DNA of 63,962 nucleotides, filler included, from Octopus bimaculoides (GCF_001194135.2; 10 parts of 9 records of this genome joined end to end with filler, not necessarily neighbours in it); one strand, 5' to 3'. Shown: positions 1 through 13,240, counted from the whole stretch's first letter. Notes: generated by a model from the letters alone, not told the origin. Numbers and translations are program-made.

Positions 1-205
1 ATATATAGATATGCAGGGCAGGGAATCGTCAATTAGTAATAAAATTAATAATTAACAATTTTGCCGGGTAGCTCAGTATGAAAAAACCATTTCGGTAAAA
101 AACATTTATAATCATAAATATATAGGGATTGACAGTAACCTGCTTCTCCAACATACTGAGAATTCAGAAATAGCAGTCAAAGAACTACTGATTTCAAAAC
201 TACAA
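1..205. repeat. Unclassified dispersed repeat, copy A (paralog at 32497-32735 in opposite orientation)
   Basis: Reverse complement of about 1-180 aligns by eye with 32557-32735 (shared cagtatgttggagaagc, ttttttcatactga, ggcaaaattgttaattatt, aattgacgatt). Confidence 0.75.
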
Positions 206-329
206 ATTATTACTCCAGATTGATAGCGATATTTTTGATACACACAGAACAAAAAACAGTAGAGAAGAGTATATATATATATATACATACATACACACGA
301 GTAAGCATATAAATGTAAAAACAAAATTA

Positions 330-1565
330 TTGAGTTGAGTCTAAATAATTTCCCATTTTGTTAAACACCTTTTCTCATGAAAAAAAGCTTTCAAAGAATT
401 ATTTTCAATTATCAGTATAGTTGCCATTATTTTGAATGACCTCTTGTCATACATCAGGTAGCTTTTTGATTCCTCTCAAGTAAAATTCAGCTGGTTTCAA
501 CATGGAGAAGCTTTCCATAAACATCACGTGATCTTCATGAGAAAATTTTTTCTTCATTAGAGCATTTTATAAAACGCAAAAAAGATGGAAATCAATTGGT
601 GCAAAGTCTGGTGAATATGGTGGATGGGGTAGAACAGACCAGCCCAAATCCAATATTTTATCCTGTGTGGTTCTTGCTGAATGTTGTGTTGCATTATCTT
701 GGTGAAGCATTGATAAGTGCAGGGTGGTTTCTGAAAAGATTTTCATGCACACATTGCAGCTGTTGAGAGTATAAGTTAGCATTTAGTGTTTGATCGCAGT
801 TTAAAAACTCAAAATTAATAATACTGCAGTGATCCCACCATACACACGACATAACCTTCCTTCAGTGGAACTCAGCCTTTGAAGTAGGTTGTGTAGATTT
901 ATCCATCTACTGCCTTTTGCATTGACCATTGTCATAAAAGACCCATTTCTCATCACCTGCAATGATATTATTGAAAAATGGGTCATTTCTCTGCCTTGAA
1001 AGAAGACTTGCTACTATGGACATGTGATCTTCCCTATTCTTATCCCTAAGAGTATGGGTAACCTAAACAACCAGCTTGCTAACTTTTCCTATCTTTGCCA
1101 AGTGGCAGCAGATGGTAGATTGAGATGTGTTGAGGTCAACTGTTAATTCCCGAGTACTTTTATGAGGATTAAGTCCACTAATTCTCTTAAAGCATCTTGA
1201 TTAAAGTCTGATGAGCATCCTGGTCTGAGTTGATTTCTTAATGACAAATCTCTGGAACAAAGCTTTGAAAATCAATTTCACACTTGCCAGCCAGTAATGA
1301 CACCTTTGCCATAAGCACTGTGTATTTTCTTAGTTGTTTCTGTGGTGTTTTTTCCATTCTTAAACATCACGTCAAATATGCACTTTCAGTTCATCCATTT
1401 TAGGGGAGTGAAATTTAATATCAAACAATGACGTGCATGCTTTTACTGTTTAAATCTGAATGACAGATGAAAATCTTTAAAAATGGCAGTTTAAACATCT
1501 GATGTTCAAAATGTATCATTACAATTTACTTCCGAAAAACAGAAATTATTCATGACTCAACACAA
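330..1565 (-). mobile_element. Mariner DNA transposon, near full length, decayed
   Basis: Imperfect TIRs ttgagttgagtctaaataatttcc (from 330) and agaaattattcatgactcaacacaa (1541-1565), TA on both sides (328-329, 1566-1567). Minus strand encodes LHQDNA...LPHPPYSPDFAPIDFHLF, matching the mariner HHDNA and YSPDLAPxD motifs. Confidence 0.88.
400..1398 (-). pseudogene. Mariner transposase remnant (stops and frameshifts)
   Basis: Probable start MDELKVHI at 1398. Catalytic-domain fragment in ORF 567-782. Confidence 0.8.
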
Positions 1566-1764
1566 TAGTACTCAAATACTGATGGTAGAGTAATATGCTT
1601 TTTCATTAATGCTGCAAAAGCATCACAAAAACTACTACTCAGAGTTTCATGCTCCCATTTGTTAGACAGTTGTGATCAAGAATCTTGATCACAACTGTCT
1701 GATTAACGGGAATATGAATTTCTGAATAGCAGTTTTTGTGATGCTTTTACAGCTTTAATAAAAA

Positions 1765-1765
1765 A

Positions 1766-1806
<41 letters not shown>

Positions 1807-1863
1807 CACACATACACACTCAATTCCAATTTCACTATTTGTGTGTGTGTGTGTGTGTATGTG

Positions 1864-1897
<34 letters not shown>

Positions 1898-1945
1898 TGT
1901 TCAAACATATGTCAACACATACATCAATACATACACACACACACA
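1765..1945. repeat. (TG)n/(TA)n/(CA)n compound microsatellite
   Basis: Direct reading of the sequence. Confidence 0.95.
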
Positions 1946-2574
1946 AATAGGGAAATTGGAATTGAATGAAAGAAAGAAATTCTCACAGAAGCATAGAATA
2001 TGAAGAGAGGAAAATGTTGCACATTAGTGACAAAGTTAGCCCAATTCTTTGTTTTAATACACAGGCAACAACAACAACAAATGACAGCAATATGGTCATC
2101 ATAAATAAGAAATTAGCTGTTCACTTTATACAATGCTTATTAATGAATAAGTCTTGTAATATAAAATACCAGAACAGAGAGAAAAAACTTATAACACAAT
2201 TGGAAGTACAATAGTTATGTGTATCATATTAACTGATTTCTTTTATCAGATAGGTCAGCTCTAGATGACCAATAGCAATCAATTATATTGGTTAGCAACA
2301 GAACATCAGCTAGATGACAGACTACACAGATCCACCCTATCTCTTTATAATGTATCAATAACCCCACATACTGCGTAGACACAGACCCCCTGTAATGTAC
2401 CAATAGACTCCTGTAATGTATCAATAGAACCCCACCCTCTATAAAGTACTAATGACTACATACTACAAAGACCTCACTGTCTACATTATATAGATACTCC
2501 CTATAGTGTGTTAACAACAGTTTAGTAGGAAAATCCTAATGAAAGTAATAAGTAAAATATCATGTTATACTATA

Positions 2575-2908
2575 GGTGTAGGCATGGCTGTGTGGTAAAA
2601 AGCTCGCTTCCCAAACACAGTTCTTGGTTCAGTCCCAATGCATGGCACCTTGGGCAAGTGTCTTCTACTATAGCCTCAGGCGAATGAAAGCCTTATAAAT
2701 GGATTTGGTAAACAGAAACTGAAAGAAGACGTGTGCGTGTGCGTCTTTGAATCTATGTTTGTCCCCCACCACACCTTGGCAACCAGTGTTGCTATGTTTA
2801 CATTCCCATAACTTAACTGTATTGGAGTTGAACTGTCCAGTTAAAATTCTTCAAAGCAGTGTCCCTGCATAGCCACAGTCTAATGACTAAAACACGTAAA
2901 GGATAAAA
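2575..2908 (+). mobile_element. tRNA-derived SINE, family B (CORE-like ggcaccttgggcaagtgtcttct), CpG-decayed
   Basis: tRNA-like head ggtgtaggcatggctgtgtggt...ggttcagtccc, then ggcaccttgggcaagtgtcttctactatagcc. Homologous to copies at 29898 and 39522-40059. Confidence 0.85.
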
Positions 2909-3309
2909 GGTAATAATATTTCCCTCCCCGTTGACCTTGGATATATTCAAAGTGAAAAACCCTAACATGTAAAACCTTTTTTTTTTTTTTTATCTCCAGT
3001 TTATTTTGTCGAAGAAATGTTTCAACAAAATTACTGCTAAAATCTCCAAGATAACATAGAACTATTCCAGTTGTACATCATTATTGGCAGTTTTATTTTA
3101 TATTTAATCTCATATAGTTGCAAATTTCTGCACTGATCTCCTTAATATCAACATACTAATTTCAACATTAACCCCAACACCATTCTATAAACTTTTAATC
3201 AATCTCTTTTTATCTATTATTTCTTCCAAACTAATATTGGCCAGAAATTTCAATGGCTCTACTCTACTTCATCTAATATGCAGTTCAACATAATACTGTA
3301 CAGATACTG

Positions 3310-3465
3310 ATTTCAAATTGTGGCACAAGGCCAGCAATTTTGGAGGAGGTGGGTAAGTTGATTACATAAACCCCAGTGCTCAACTGGTACTTATTTTATT
3401 GACCTGAAAGGATGAAATGCAAAGTCAATCCCAGAGGAATTTGAAGTTAGAAAGCATTTTGCCCA
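3310..3465 (-). mobile_element. tRNA-derived SINE, family A (Nin/Deu-like domain), truncated
   Basis: ggcacaaggccagcaatttt...cccagtgctcaactggtacttattttattgacctgaaaggatgaaa matches copies at 16542, 30473, 34240 and 56531. Confidence 0.85.
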
Positions 3466-4783
3466 GAATACTTGTTGCTTTTTACTGTACACATTAATCA
3501 ACCCTTTTGAACCATTCTCTTACTTAGACATCTCCTGAATCTAAAAACATATTTATTGGAGTAACAATGCTAATACATTGAATAGCAGTTCCTCTAGGTT
3601 AATTAGTTTGTTGAATACATCATAGTTAAGAATGTTCCATGGTCTTACATGAGGTTCTCAAGAATAGTTGCATAATTGGTGCAATTCTTAGCATGTTGCC
3701 TGCATTCAAATTCTGTGGCAACCTGTTCCCTCTTCCTAGAGCCTACCTGTTTACATTGCAACTACTAAGCCCTTCCCAGAGTGGAACTTTTACTGATCTC
3801 GGCTATTTATACTCCTTTACGCATCTGTTTTTCTTTGTGTTGTACAAATATATTATAATTTGACTCAATACTTGCTATACTTTTGTTCTATTTTACATAC
3901 ACCAGCTTGATCAATACATTGCATATAGCCTGGCTTCATTAAAGTAACTACCACATCAGCCCTGCTTTTAAAATTGGAGCTTAGATACGTATGACCTGAG
4001 CACTAATTGCATGTCATTTGATATCATATTACCTGCAATTTGTGTGCATTATCACAGAACTGGATAAAACATATAATAGTATGATATATAGTATTGTATA
4101 TTTCTAGGAAGTGGGGGACAGAGGAAGGAAAGAAGGAAGGAAGGAAAAGAAAGACAGAAAGAAGAAGAAAGAAGGGAAGGAGGAAGGTAGACAGACAGAT
4201 AGACACAGTCTATACTGAGATACTTTTAAATAGATTATAACAACAGATTGGTTCACAAGTCAGCTCTATTACTTTTTCATTTTCAATTAAAACTTAACTG
4301 GTGCTGTAAGAAATCCTAGGAAAAGAGCAGGAAAGTAATAAGTATCATTGCCCAGAATGGCACAAGAAAATTTAAGGGTTCAGTTTTTGAATGTACAGGT
4401 GATAAGAATAACATCCTTAAGTGTATTACTGAATTAAAATTATGTTCCCTCACTTAAAAAACGAGTGATGTGTATCATCATCACCACCACCACCACCACC
4501 ACCATCATAACTGACCTCATCACTTTTTAGCGATTGAATGATGTGGTAGTGGTGTGTGAAGTGTAGTTTAAGGTCTGATAAAGTTATGTCTTCTCTGAAA
4601 TGAAGTCAGGATAGATATCAATAAACAAATGCAAAGGCAAGTTACAATTGACCGCACTGAAACATTTATTACTGTCACTAAAATTAGATACAGAAAACTG
4701 GTAGGACATTAGTAATTGTTGATATATTGTATGGATTCAAATGCTCATAAAAATGGATGACAGAAGGCTAGAAAAACCTGAGC

Positions 4784-4935
4784 ATAGCATCAAAAATTCT
4801 GGTTACAATTCTGTTTAAAATGTTGGTAAGACAAGAAACATATCAAGTATTTTGATTACATTTATGTTCAAAATGTTGAAGACATGAAGAATAGCATCAA
4901 GGATTCTGGTTACAATTCTGTTCAAAATGCTGAAG
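4784..4935. repeat. Degenerate ~53-bp tandem repeat, about 3 units
   Basis: atagcatcaa..attctggttacaattctgtt.aaaatg.tg at 4784 and 4891, with a more diverged middle unit. Confidence 0.65.
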
Positions 4936-5326
4936 TTGCAAAGTGAGATCAAACTGCTTTCACATCAAAAATCCAAAACTGCTCATAGCAAAAACTCACC
5001 TCCCTAAGGAATTAATGGGCAAAAATCTTCTCATTTTACAGCTGAAGTACAAATGCTAAGCTAGTCTATCACGTTAAGAGATGGATGGTCCAAGTAAAGC
5101 TAAATGGACCTGTTCATCATGTGGTGGATCAAAATGGGTAACTAAAAGTAAAAAGCCACAATGTGGGTGGTTAAAGTTCAAGAGCAATCATGTTTCTGCT
5201 ACAACTTCATTTCCATTTTCCAGGCTGGCATGATTTGAATGGTTGGACAAGATATGAGAGGTCAGAGGAACAGGCAGATGCGAACTTTTATTATACAAAA
5301 AACTAGCCAGCTTTGAGATAAAAATA

Positions 5327-6500
5327 TTAGGTTATCCAGAAAGTTCTGAGCATTTTTAATTTGCAAAAAGGGATATAAATAATTGACCTTTCTATAAATT
5401 TTATTCAATGAAATAATTTCCATTATTATTAATGGCCATTACCCATTTATCAGGCAATTTAAATATTCCATCAGCATAAAATTTGACTGGTTTTTGCCTT
5501 GCAATGAATTCTGCAGAGACAGAAACAAATGGTAGTTGAATGGTGCAATATCAGGAGAATGTGGTGGATGGGGTAAGAAATCCCAGCCAAGTTCATGAAA
5601 CTTTGCTTGGGTAGCCAAAGACATGTGGTTGGGCATTGTCTTGTTGGAACACTATCCCTTTCTTGCTGGCAATCTCTGGCCTCAATTCTTGGATTTTGGG
5701 GTTCAAATTAGCCAGATGACAACAATAGACATCAGAATTAATGGTCTGGTTTCGTAGGACAATCAAATAATAAATAATGATCCCACCGAACACAAAGCAT
5801 AGCTTTTTTTGACATGGATATTCATTTTTGGTTGCTGTTTTAGGGAGATCCTTACACAAAATCCAGGATCCTTTCTGCACTATGTTTTCGTACACAATCT
5901 ATTTTTCATTTTCAGTCACAAGTTGTTTAAAAAAAGACATGCTTTCATTCTGTTTCAAAAGGATATCACAAATGGAATACCAGGCCAAGCAATTCTTTTC
6001 TGAGAGTTTGTGAGGGACCCACACATTATAGCAAGAAATGTATCCTAGCTTCACCAGGTGTTCATGAGCTGTACTTTTAGAAACTTCCAAAACCTCTGCA
6101 AGTTCTCTAGTCATGATATTCGAGTTTTCTTTGATTTTTGCTTTCAGAACATCTTCCAACCTAAACTCTCCAGCTTTAAATTTTGCAAACCAACTTCAAA
6201 CAGTTGATTCACCTACAGCATCATCACCATAAACTTCACAAATGTTTTTGCAAGACTTTGCAACATTTTCTCCTTTTTTAGAAAAGAAAAACATTACAAT
6301 GAGAATAAGAAATTTTTTGCTATCCCTTTCAAATGTCAATAAAGGGTAACCGGAATAAAAGATAAATCTATTTTTAGTCAGGAACAAAGAGATGCACTAC
6401 CACTTCAAGCAATACTCACATACAAGACAAAAGTGATAAAACCTCACATAATGGAAACATGAAGTTTTATCACTTTTGTCTTGTATGATAACATGTTTAT
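5327..6500 (-). mobile_element. Mariner DNA transposon (second family), decayed, one TIR seen
   Basis: TA then ttaggttatccagaaagttctgagca at 5327. Minus-strand fragments FQQDNAQPH, LPHPPHSPDIAPFNYHLF, TRELAEVLEVSKSTAHEHLVKLG...WVPHKLSEKN and GENVAKSCKNICEVYGDDAV are typical mariner HTH, WVPH and DDD regions. Confidence 0.88.
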
Positions 6501-6846
6501 TTTAGCATAATGTTTGGCCATAATTACTGAAGAAACCTCCCCCACCCAACACAGAAGATTATGAAACTATGGGCTAGGAGCAACGGCAAAATACTTTACA
6601 AGTAATGGTAACAGGAAATATGTCCATTTAATTAGCTTTAAAAATAAATCTGTTTGAACTGTGAACTTCACAAAACTCCTTTAACTATCAACAGAAAAGA
6701 AATGCTATTGAATAGACATCAGTGAGACAGCCTGTTTTGAATTACAGTTTTTTCAAATCACAAAATCTAAGTCACACAGCAACAACTAACTGAAAAATTA
6801 TTCTAATTCAGTCAAACATAGACCCAATGAAAACATCTATTTTTAT

Positions 6847-6918
<72 letters not shown>
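6847..6918. repeat. (CAG)n(TAG)n microsatellite
   Basis: Direct reading. Confidence 0.95.
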
Positions 6919-7936
6919 TGGGGGAACATCTGTAACAGCATACCACTGAATCCACCATTTGTTAGTGATTCCCTATTCCTGGCAGATGACATCTTTGCAC
7001 CACTCAGGAAACAACCCTGCAGCCCATGGGTCTGTTTGAGTAGTCATTGCTGGTGAGGGTTTCACGAGACTGGAATGCAAATCCTACCACAAGCTCTTTT
7101 AGTTAACTTTTATGACATGCACAGGAAATTTTTGGTCTGTTCTTTCACATGCCAGCTTCTACACATCATTAGAGTGGCATGAAATGATGTTTTTCTCAAG
7201 AACATAACAAGCCACCAGTTTGAGAATGATGTGGCAGAGTAGGAGCTGCAAAGGGAGATAATGACAATGAGGTGCTCAGGTGGTTCCACAAGTCACGTGA
7301 TGAATAGAAGTAGGTAGGTGAGTGGTTTGCAAGATTGTATGAGGAACAGGAGATGAGGAGATAGAGAAAGACACTGTAAAATCTGAGCAGGGCTGAAGGG
7401 TGGATGAACACTGAGTGAGGAACATACAAAGACACAAAAGGGAGTGGGGAGTGAGCAACAAAATAGTAATGATGATACAGTTGGTAGGGAGAGAACAAGA
7501 GAGAGAGAGAGAGAGAGAGATGATATGGTTGGGTAATCTGCAGGAGGAGAAAAAGGCAGGGATAGTGCATGATGGAAGGAAATTTGGTTCATTTGGGGTG
7601 AGGAGAAAAAGTCACTGTAATGTGGGTGGAGAGCATAATGCACATACCACTCCCAGAACTCAGTTTCACTGTGGAGGGTGGGTTTTATCTATATCAGCAG
7701 ACATCCCAGTTCTTTATCATTTCCTCTGTGAGGCTCAGGGTCCTTAGGTCAGCCTTCCCCATTTCACCCCATGTCTTCCTGGGTCTCTCTCTTCTACACA
7801 TTAAGCAAACCTCATTTTTTTAAACAGCTTTAAACAGTATATCTGCAAATACCACAATGAAATAAGTTTGAGAATTGATATGATCAATTACAATTTTTGG
7901 CAGTGCCCTAGCATGGCCACAGTGCAACAATTGAAA

Positions 7937-8270
7937 CATCATCATCATTAACATCTGTTTTTCATGCTGGTATTGCTTGAACAGCTCAATAACATCTGAT
8001 GAGGAGCAACAGGTCCACATCAAGCTCCAGTCTGTTTTAGCAAGGTTTCAACAGTTGGATACCCTTCCTAACACCAACCACTTTTCAGAATGTACTGGGT
8101 GCTTTTCTTGTTACACCAACACTAGTGAAGTCACCAAGTAACTCACGACACTAAAAATCCCCCTCAACTGAGTGGAGGTCTAGTATTGAGAGAGGTAACT
8201 TTGTGCCAGGTATTGGGAAATTAAGCATGATAGAGTGACAGAAACAGGTGTCTTGCTGTAGAGGAGGTAA
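7937..8270 (-). mobile_element. RTE-type LINE 3' end (or derived SINE) with (CAT)n tail
   Basis: catcatcatcattaacatctgtttttcatgctgg...ggatacccttcctaacaccaaccac is homologous to 61104-61221. RTE assignment is from family recognition. Confidence 0.55.
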
Positions 8271-9086
8271 GTTGCTCTCCCTGCTGAAAAGAAGGAAAAT
8301 GGTGGAAATAAAATGTTAGGGCATGCCTCAAGATACAAGATGAATGTAAGAGAGAACAGGATTCAGCAGATCAGAAGGGGTGAGTGTGCAAGAGTGTGAA
8401 GGGAGAATGACAAAAGATAGAGATGAGTATAGAAGTGAATGCAGTGAATAGTGGAGGTGTCATCAATGGCAGGGATGGGAGAGGGACAGTCACAGAGATG
8501 GAAAACAGCGGTCAGAGTAGATAAATTTGTCTTCACAAATTTCCATCAAAATAACAACTGCAAAACAAATTCTAAAATGTTTTAAATGTTAAACAGCAAC
8601 AAGATGTAGACATATTTCAATATCAATATACAGTTTGTTTGTTCTTATATTTCCCATCCATTCTAATGTACTATAATAGTCGGGGGAAGTCTGCGTATCT
8701 GCAGTCAGCTGCATGGCAATTTGACTCCCACAACCACTGATGGTTCTCTAAAGGTTTCAAGAAGACAAGTGTTATGAAATAACTAAAGTTGTCACAGTTA
8801 CAGATTTTCTTTCATCTATTTTTGTGTCTAATACATGCAGTATGCATTTGTAGTGGGAGTGAGAATTTGCAGAAAAACAAACAAGAACTTGGCACTCGTC
8901 CATAAAAGCTTCTTCACAACAGCAAAAACCACTAAAATACAAAATATATTCAACCAATACGTAGTGAGAATTGATTTAATAATTATTGTATTACTGTGCT
9001 GGAAGGAATGGTGGGGAGTATGACCAAGCAGGCTTCTTTCTTTCATCATGCTGATGATCCACATACATACTGAACTGGGTTAATTA

Positions 9087-11194
9087 CACTGGTCAACAGC
9101 CAATTTTCATCAGGGATATTATATGGTGTTTTATATGTAGTTTTGTCCGTGGATTTCAAAAATGCAATCGGTTTCCTTCTATCAGGCACAGTTTTTCTGT
9201 AATTTTATGTTTCCATAATCTTTTCTTTTCATAAATTTTACTTTCTGTTTAAGGTGCCAAGTCATCATCAAATTCTACTCAGGATGTCAAGGCATTGCAA
9301 GAACAGTCTTGATATATTTTGTCATGTCTGTGGTTTCTTTACCACCAAAGCTCAGCAACGTGCCATCACAAGTGAAATCAAGGTCTACCAGTTATACTTT
9401 GGCTGCTCTCTCGGGGATCAAGATAAGAGTTCGGCCCCGCACATCATCTGCTCAGCTTGTTCAAGTAGACTAAGGGATTGGCTAAATAAGAGGAAGAGAG
9501 CAATGCTGTTTGCAATACCTATGATATGGAGAGAGCCAAAGGATTATTTCATGGGCTGTTATTTCTGCAGTGTTAATGTATGTCGGTTTATTGTAAAGAC
9601 CAAGCATAAGATTGTGTATCCCAACTTGGAATCAGCAAGAAGACCAGTACCACACAACGATGATGATCTTCCTATTCCAATACCACTAGAAAATGGCCTT
9701 CAGATGTCTGACGAAGATGTATTTCCCAAAGAAAATACTACTGCTGTGGAAGACACTGAAGTGGATGCAGATTTCACGATTGAAAATGAAGACGTACCAC
9801 AGAAATTTTCTCAAGGAGAGTTAAATGATTTAGTCAGAGACTTGTCTTTGTCGAAGGATAAAGCTGAACTATTAGCATCTCGCCTACAAGAAAAGTGTCT
9901 GCTTAAGAAATATGTTTGTATTACTCATTTCAGGAAGAGAAATAGGGATCTGACTTCATGCTTCTCTGTTGATGGACCACTTTGTTTCAGCAATAACACT
10001 GATGAGTTATTTCGCTGTTTGTTCCAAGAGCATGTTCCAGCTGAATGGCGCTTATACATTGATTCATCTAAGAGAAGCCTCAAGAAATCATCCATTCCCA
10101 TAGAACATTCAGTGCACATGAAGGAGTGTTATGAAAACATGCAAGTACTCCTCAATGCCATAAAGTATACAAACTACAGCTGGAAAATCTGTGGAGACTT
10201 GAAAATGATTGGAATGTTGATGGGAATGCAATCTGGGTTCACGAAATATTGTTGCTTTTTATGCGCCTGTGGGACAGTCGTGCAACTAACAAGCACTATA
10301 TGCAATCAGAGTGGCCTTTGCGAAAATCATATGACCCGGGAGTTTCTAGTGTCCAGAGCAAGCCACTTTTAAACCCAGAAAATGTTCTTCTTCCTCTTCT
10401 TCACATAAAGCTTGGCCTCATAAAACAATTCATGAAGACACTTGCCCGGAAAAGCTCAAAAGGTTTTGAATATGTGAAGGCCAAATTTCCAAAAATCACC
10501 AAGGCAAAATTGAAGGAAGGCATATTCATAGGTCCGCAGATAAAAGAACTCTTGAAGGACAACCACTTCCTCACAGCACTGGATGAGATTGAGCTTAAAG
10601 CCTGGGAATCCTTCAAATGGCTCTGTGAAAATTTCCTAGGCAACAAGAGATCTCTAGAGTTTAGAAATGGAGTGAAATGTCTTATAGACTCCTACGCTGC
10701 AATGGGCTGTCGGATGTCACTAAAAGTCCATTTCCTTGATTCACATCTGGACTTTTTTGCAGAGAACCTTGGAGCAGTGTCTGATGAGTCAGGGGAACGC
10801 TTTCATCAAGATATTGCATCGATGGAATAACGATATCAAGGAATGCAGGAATGTTAGCTGACTACTGTTGGATGTTATACAGGGATGAACCTGAGACAAA
10901 ATACCATAGAAAGTCCAAATCCTAAAGATTTTAAGTTGTTATGCATTCGAGTGTATTCTAACTTATTTGTACACAATAATTTTAATTTTGTACAATAAAA
11001 AGCCATGAAATTATATTTTATATAAACATGCTTTACGTATCCTATAAGTTAAAACAGCAGGTATCATTAACATGAAAATGTGACCCGATAGAGGAAATCG
11101 GACTTCAGATTCATAATCAGCATCAAAAATTAACCCAGAAAAGTCAATCAGCAACTCTGATGATTAAAAAAAAGTTTCATTTTGTTGACCAGTG
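9087..11194 (+). mobile_element. Chapaev3-type (CMC superfamily) DNA transposon, full length, 2108 bp
   Basis: Perfect 12-bp TIRs CACTGGTCAACA (9087-9098) and TGTTGACCAGTG (11183-11194), 3-bp TSD TTA (9084-9086, 11195-11197), imperfect subterminal inverted repeats, internal transposase. Confidence 0.85.
9284..10925 (+). pseudogene. Chapaev3-like transposase with few lesions
   Basis: N-terminal Cys/His motif C..CGFFT...APHIICSAC...WREPKD...CYFC. Core motifs YIDSSKRSLK, ICGDLKM, LHIKLGL, GIFIGPQI, SDESGERFHQDI, RYQG, LADYCW. Frameshift near 10265, stop at 10828-10830, frameshift near 10845, apparent short deletion after SKRSLK. Confidence 0.88.
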
Positions 11195-12829
11195 TTATTA
11201 GAGTATTAACTCTACAACATATAGTGGTGATGGTCATATGTTTGAGAATACAAACAAGAGAAATAGATCTCAATATATGTAGTAGTATATGTATTGATAC
11301 ATTGTTTTGTTTATTACTAGTAATGCTACATAACTGACTTTGTACCAAGTTCTAGGCTTTTTAGTCACTTATGTTGCTTTGCAGCCATGGTACAGGCACA
11401 ACACACATGCAAGGAGATAGATATAAAGATTATATACATATTAATTATATATATGTATATATGGTTTCCTTTACTCACAATAACTGTGAATTTTTAAAAC
11501 ACTAACCTCGACATGTTTTTCTTGTAAAAGAGAATACTAGTTGTCCATAAATCAGTCTCTTCTTTCCATGCCATCAATGATGTTGAAAGAAAAGGAAAGT
11601 CAATACAACCAAGGGCCCAGGAACAGGGGGGTGCAGATGGTGTGGCTTGCATCCACTAAAATTGCCAGGTTTAGAAGATAGTGTCTAAAAACTGATCTGT
11701 AAAAAGCTGCTTGAAGTTATGTTTCTTCTCAAAACAAGAACAAAGTATCAAAATAAATTTTTAAAAGTTCAAAATGTTTACTGATGAAGCTGTGCACAAA
11801 GTCTTGTGTGCAAAGTCTTCCCCATCTATTTCTATCTGCCTCTCTCTCTCTCTTTCTCTCTGCCTACCTGCTGCCTTTCTCTCTTTACTACCTTCCATTT
11901 CTTCCTCTGTACATTTCTGTCAACTGCCTATCTTTATTCCCTTCTTTCTTCCTACCTGCTCTTCCCCAACCTTCTATACTCCACTCTGTCTGTCTTCCTT
12001 CACTTTTTGGTACCAAAAGGCTATCCAATTTTTTTATCTATCCAAACTTTTATCTTTCACTACTTGACCAGTGTCTAGCATTTACTTCAGACCCCCAGTT
12101 TGTCTTATCTTTTCACTCTTCAATCTTTTCTTTTCTTTTATCTTCCTTCCCTTCAGCCTTATATTTCTATCGTTCTCCTAAACCCCTCTCATCCTACTTT
12201 TGGAACATCAACACCACTATTTTCTTTCTTTTAATGTTAGTTTTCTTCATGTAGTGTCCCACATTTTGAAATACTTGCAATTTGTATTTTTACTGCTTAC
12301 GTTTGCTTCACTTGATATATTTCCGAAATTAAGCATTTTAATATACAAAATATATATCACATTATGACATTTGCTATACATTACTCATCATCATCATTAT
12401 CATTATCATTTAATGTCCATCGAATATATATAATGTTTTTAATTTTTTTCAAAGTGTGATGAATTTTGAAGTTGTTAACTGAAAAAAATATTCAATTGTT
12501 CTATCTGATAATGATATTGAACAACTAAGTTTTGATAAATTAATCAAAAATAACCAAAAGAAACCCTACTTTTCTAAATATGAAATTGTTGATCCGCTTG
12601 AACTTTTTGACTTTTTTCTTTTATTATCAGCTCTGTGCACCCCATGTCGAGTTCACCAGCAGCAAAAGTGAGGAAAATTTCAGATTTCTTCAGTGCTGCA
12701 TCATGTCAAAAGAATGCAGGACTTTTGGAGATTGCAGTGATGCGATTCAGTGAAAAAATTAATAATAGAGCACTTCAAACATGTCAAGAAGTGCCATTGA
12801 AATTTTGCAGGTCACAAAAAACAATTTGA

Positions 12830-13115
12830 ACTTAGAAAGACATTCAACTTTCCCACAGATGCAAAGAAACACTTAAACTGCCAGTCTCGTTCAAAGAAGC
12901 CCTGTGGCTTCATTATGATATTCAGCATGATGCTGTTATCTGCTGTTATGCCAAAGAAGTTCAGCACAACAGAATTACAACACCTAAGGAAACTGCCTTT
13001 TTGACTTGTGTACAAAACTGGGACAACATTGTGTGAAAAATCGCTGCACATAGCCATTCTAGTCACCACATGAAAGCAGTTGGCACTTTTGGCCAAAGAC
13101 AGACACATCCATGGC
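12830..13115 (+). pseudogene. Degenerate hAT-like transposase N-terminal (TTF-type zinc finger) fragment
   Basis: Translation WLHYDIQHDAVICCY...AFLTCVQNWDNIV*KIAAHSHSSHHMKAV resembles the WLxYxxxxDAVFC...F...NW....F..HE.S..H..A pattern of hAT/ZMYM1-like TTF fingers. Confidence 0.45.
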
Positions 13116-13240
13116 TTTGAATAAGTAGCCAATTCACTAACAAAAAGTAGCCTAGCAAGCATTAAAAATTATTTTCAAAGCAGTCAGATTCTGTGATAGA
13201 CAAGGCCTAGTAAGTGTTGATGTTAATGCAGCTTATTCTG

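Noticed and set aside
2575-2660. tRNA-like A/B boxes here and in other SINE heads
   Set aside because: No full cloverleaf, and each continues into a SINE body, so not tRNA genes.
7196-7643. Leu/Ser/Pro-rich minus-strand ORFs, faint Penelope linker resemblance
   Set aside because: Explained by purine/pyrimidine strand bias, with no diagnostic motif.
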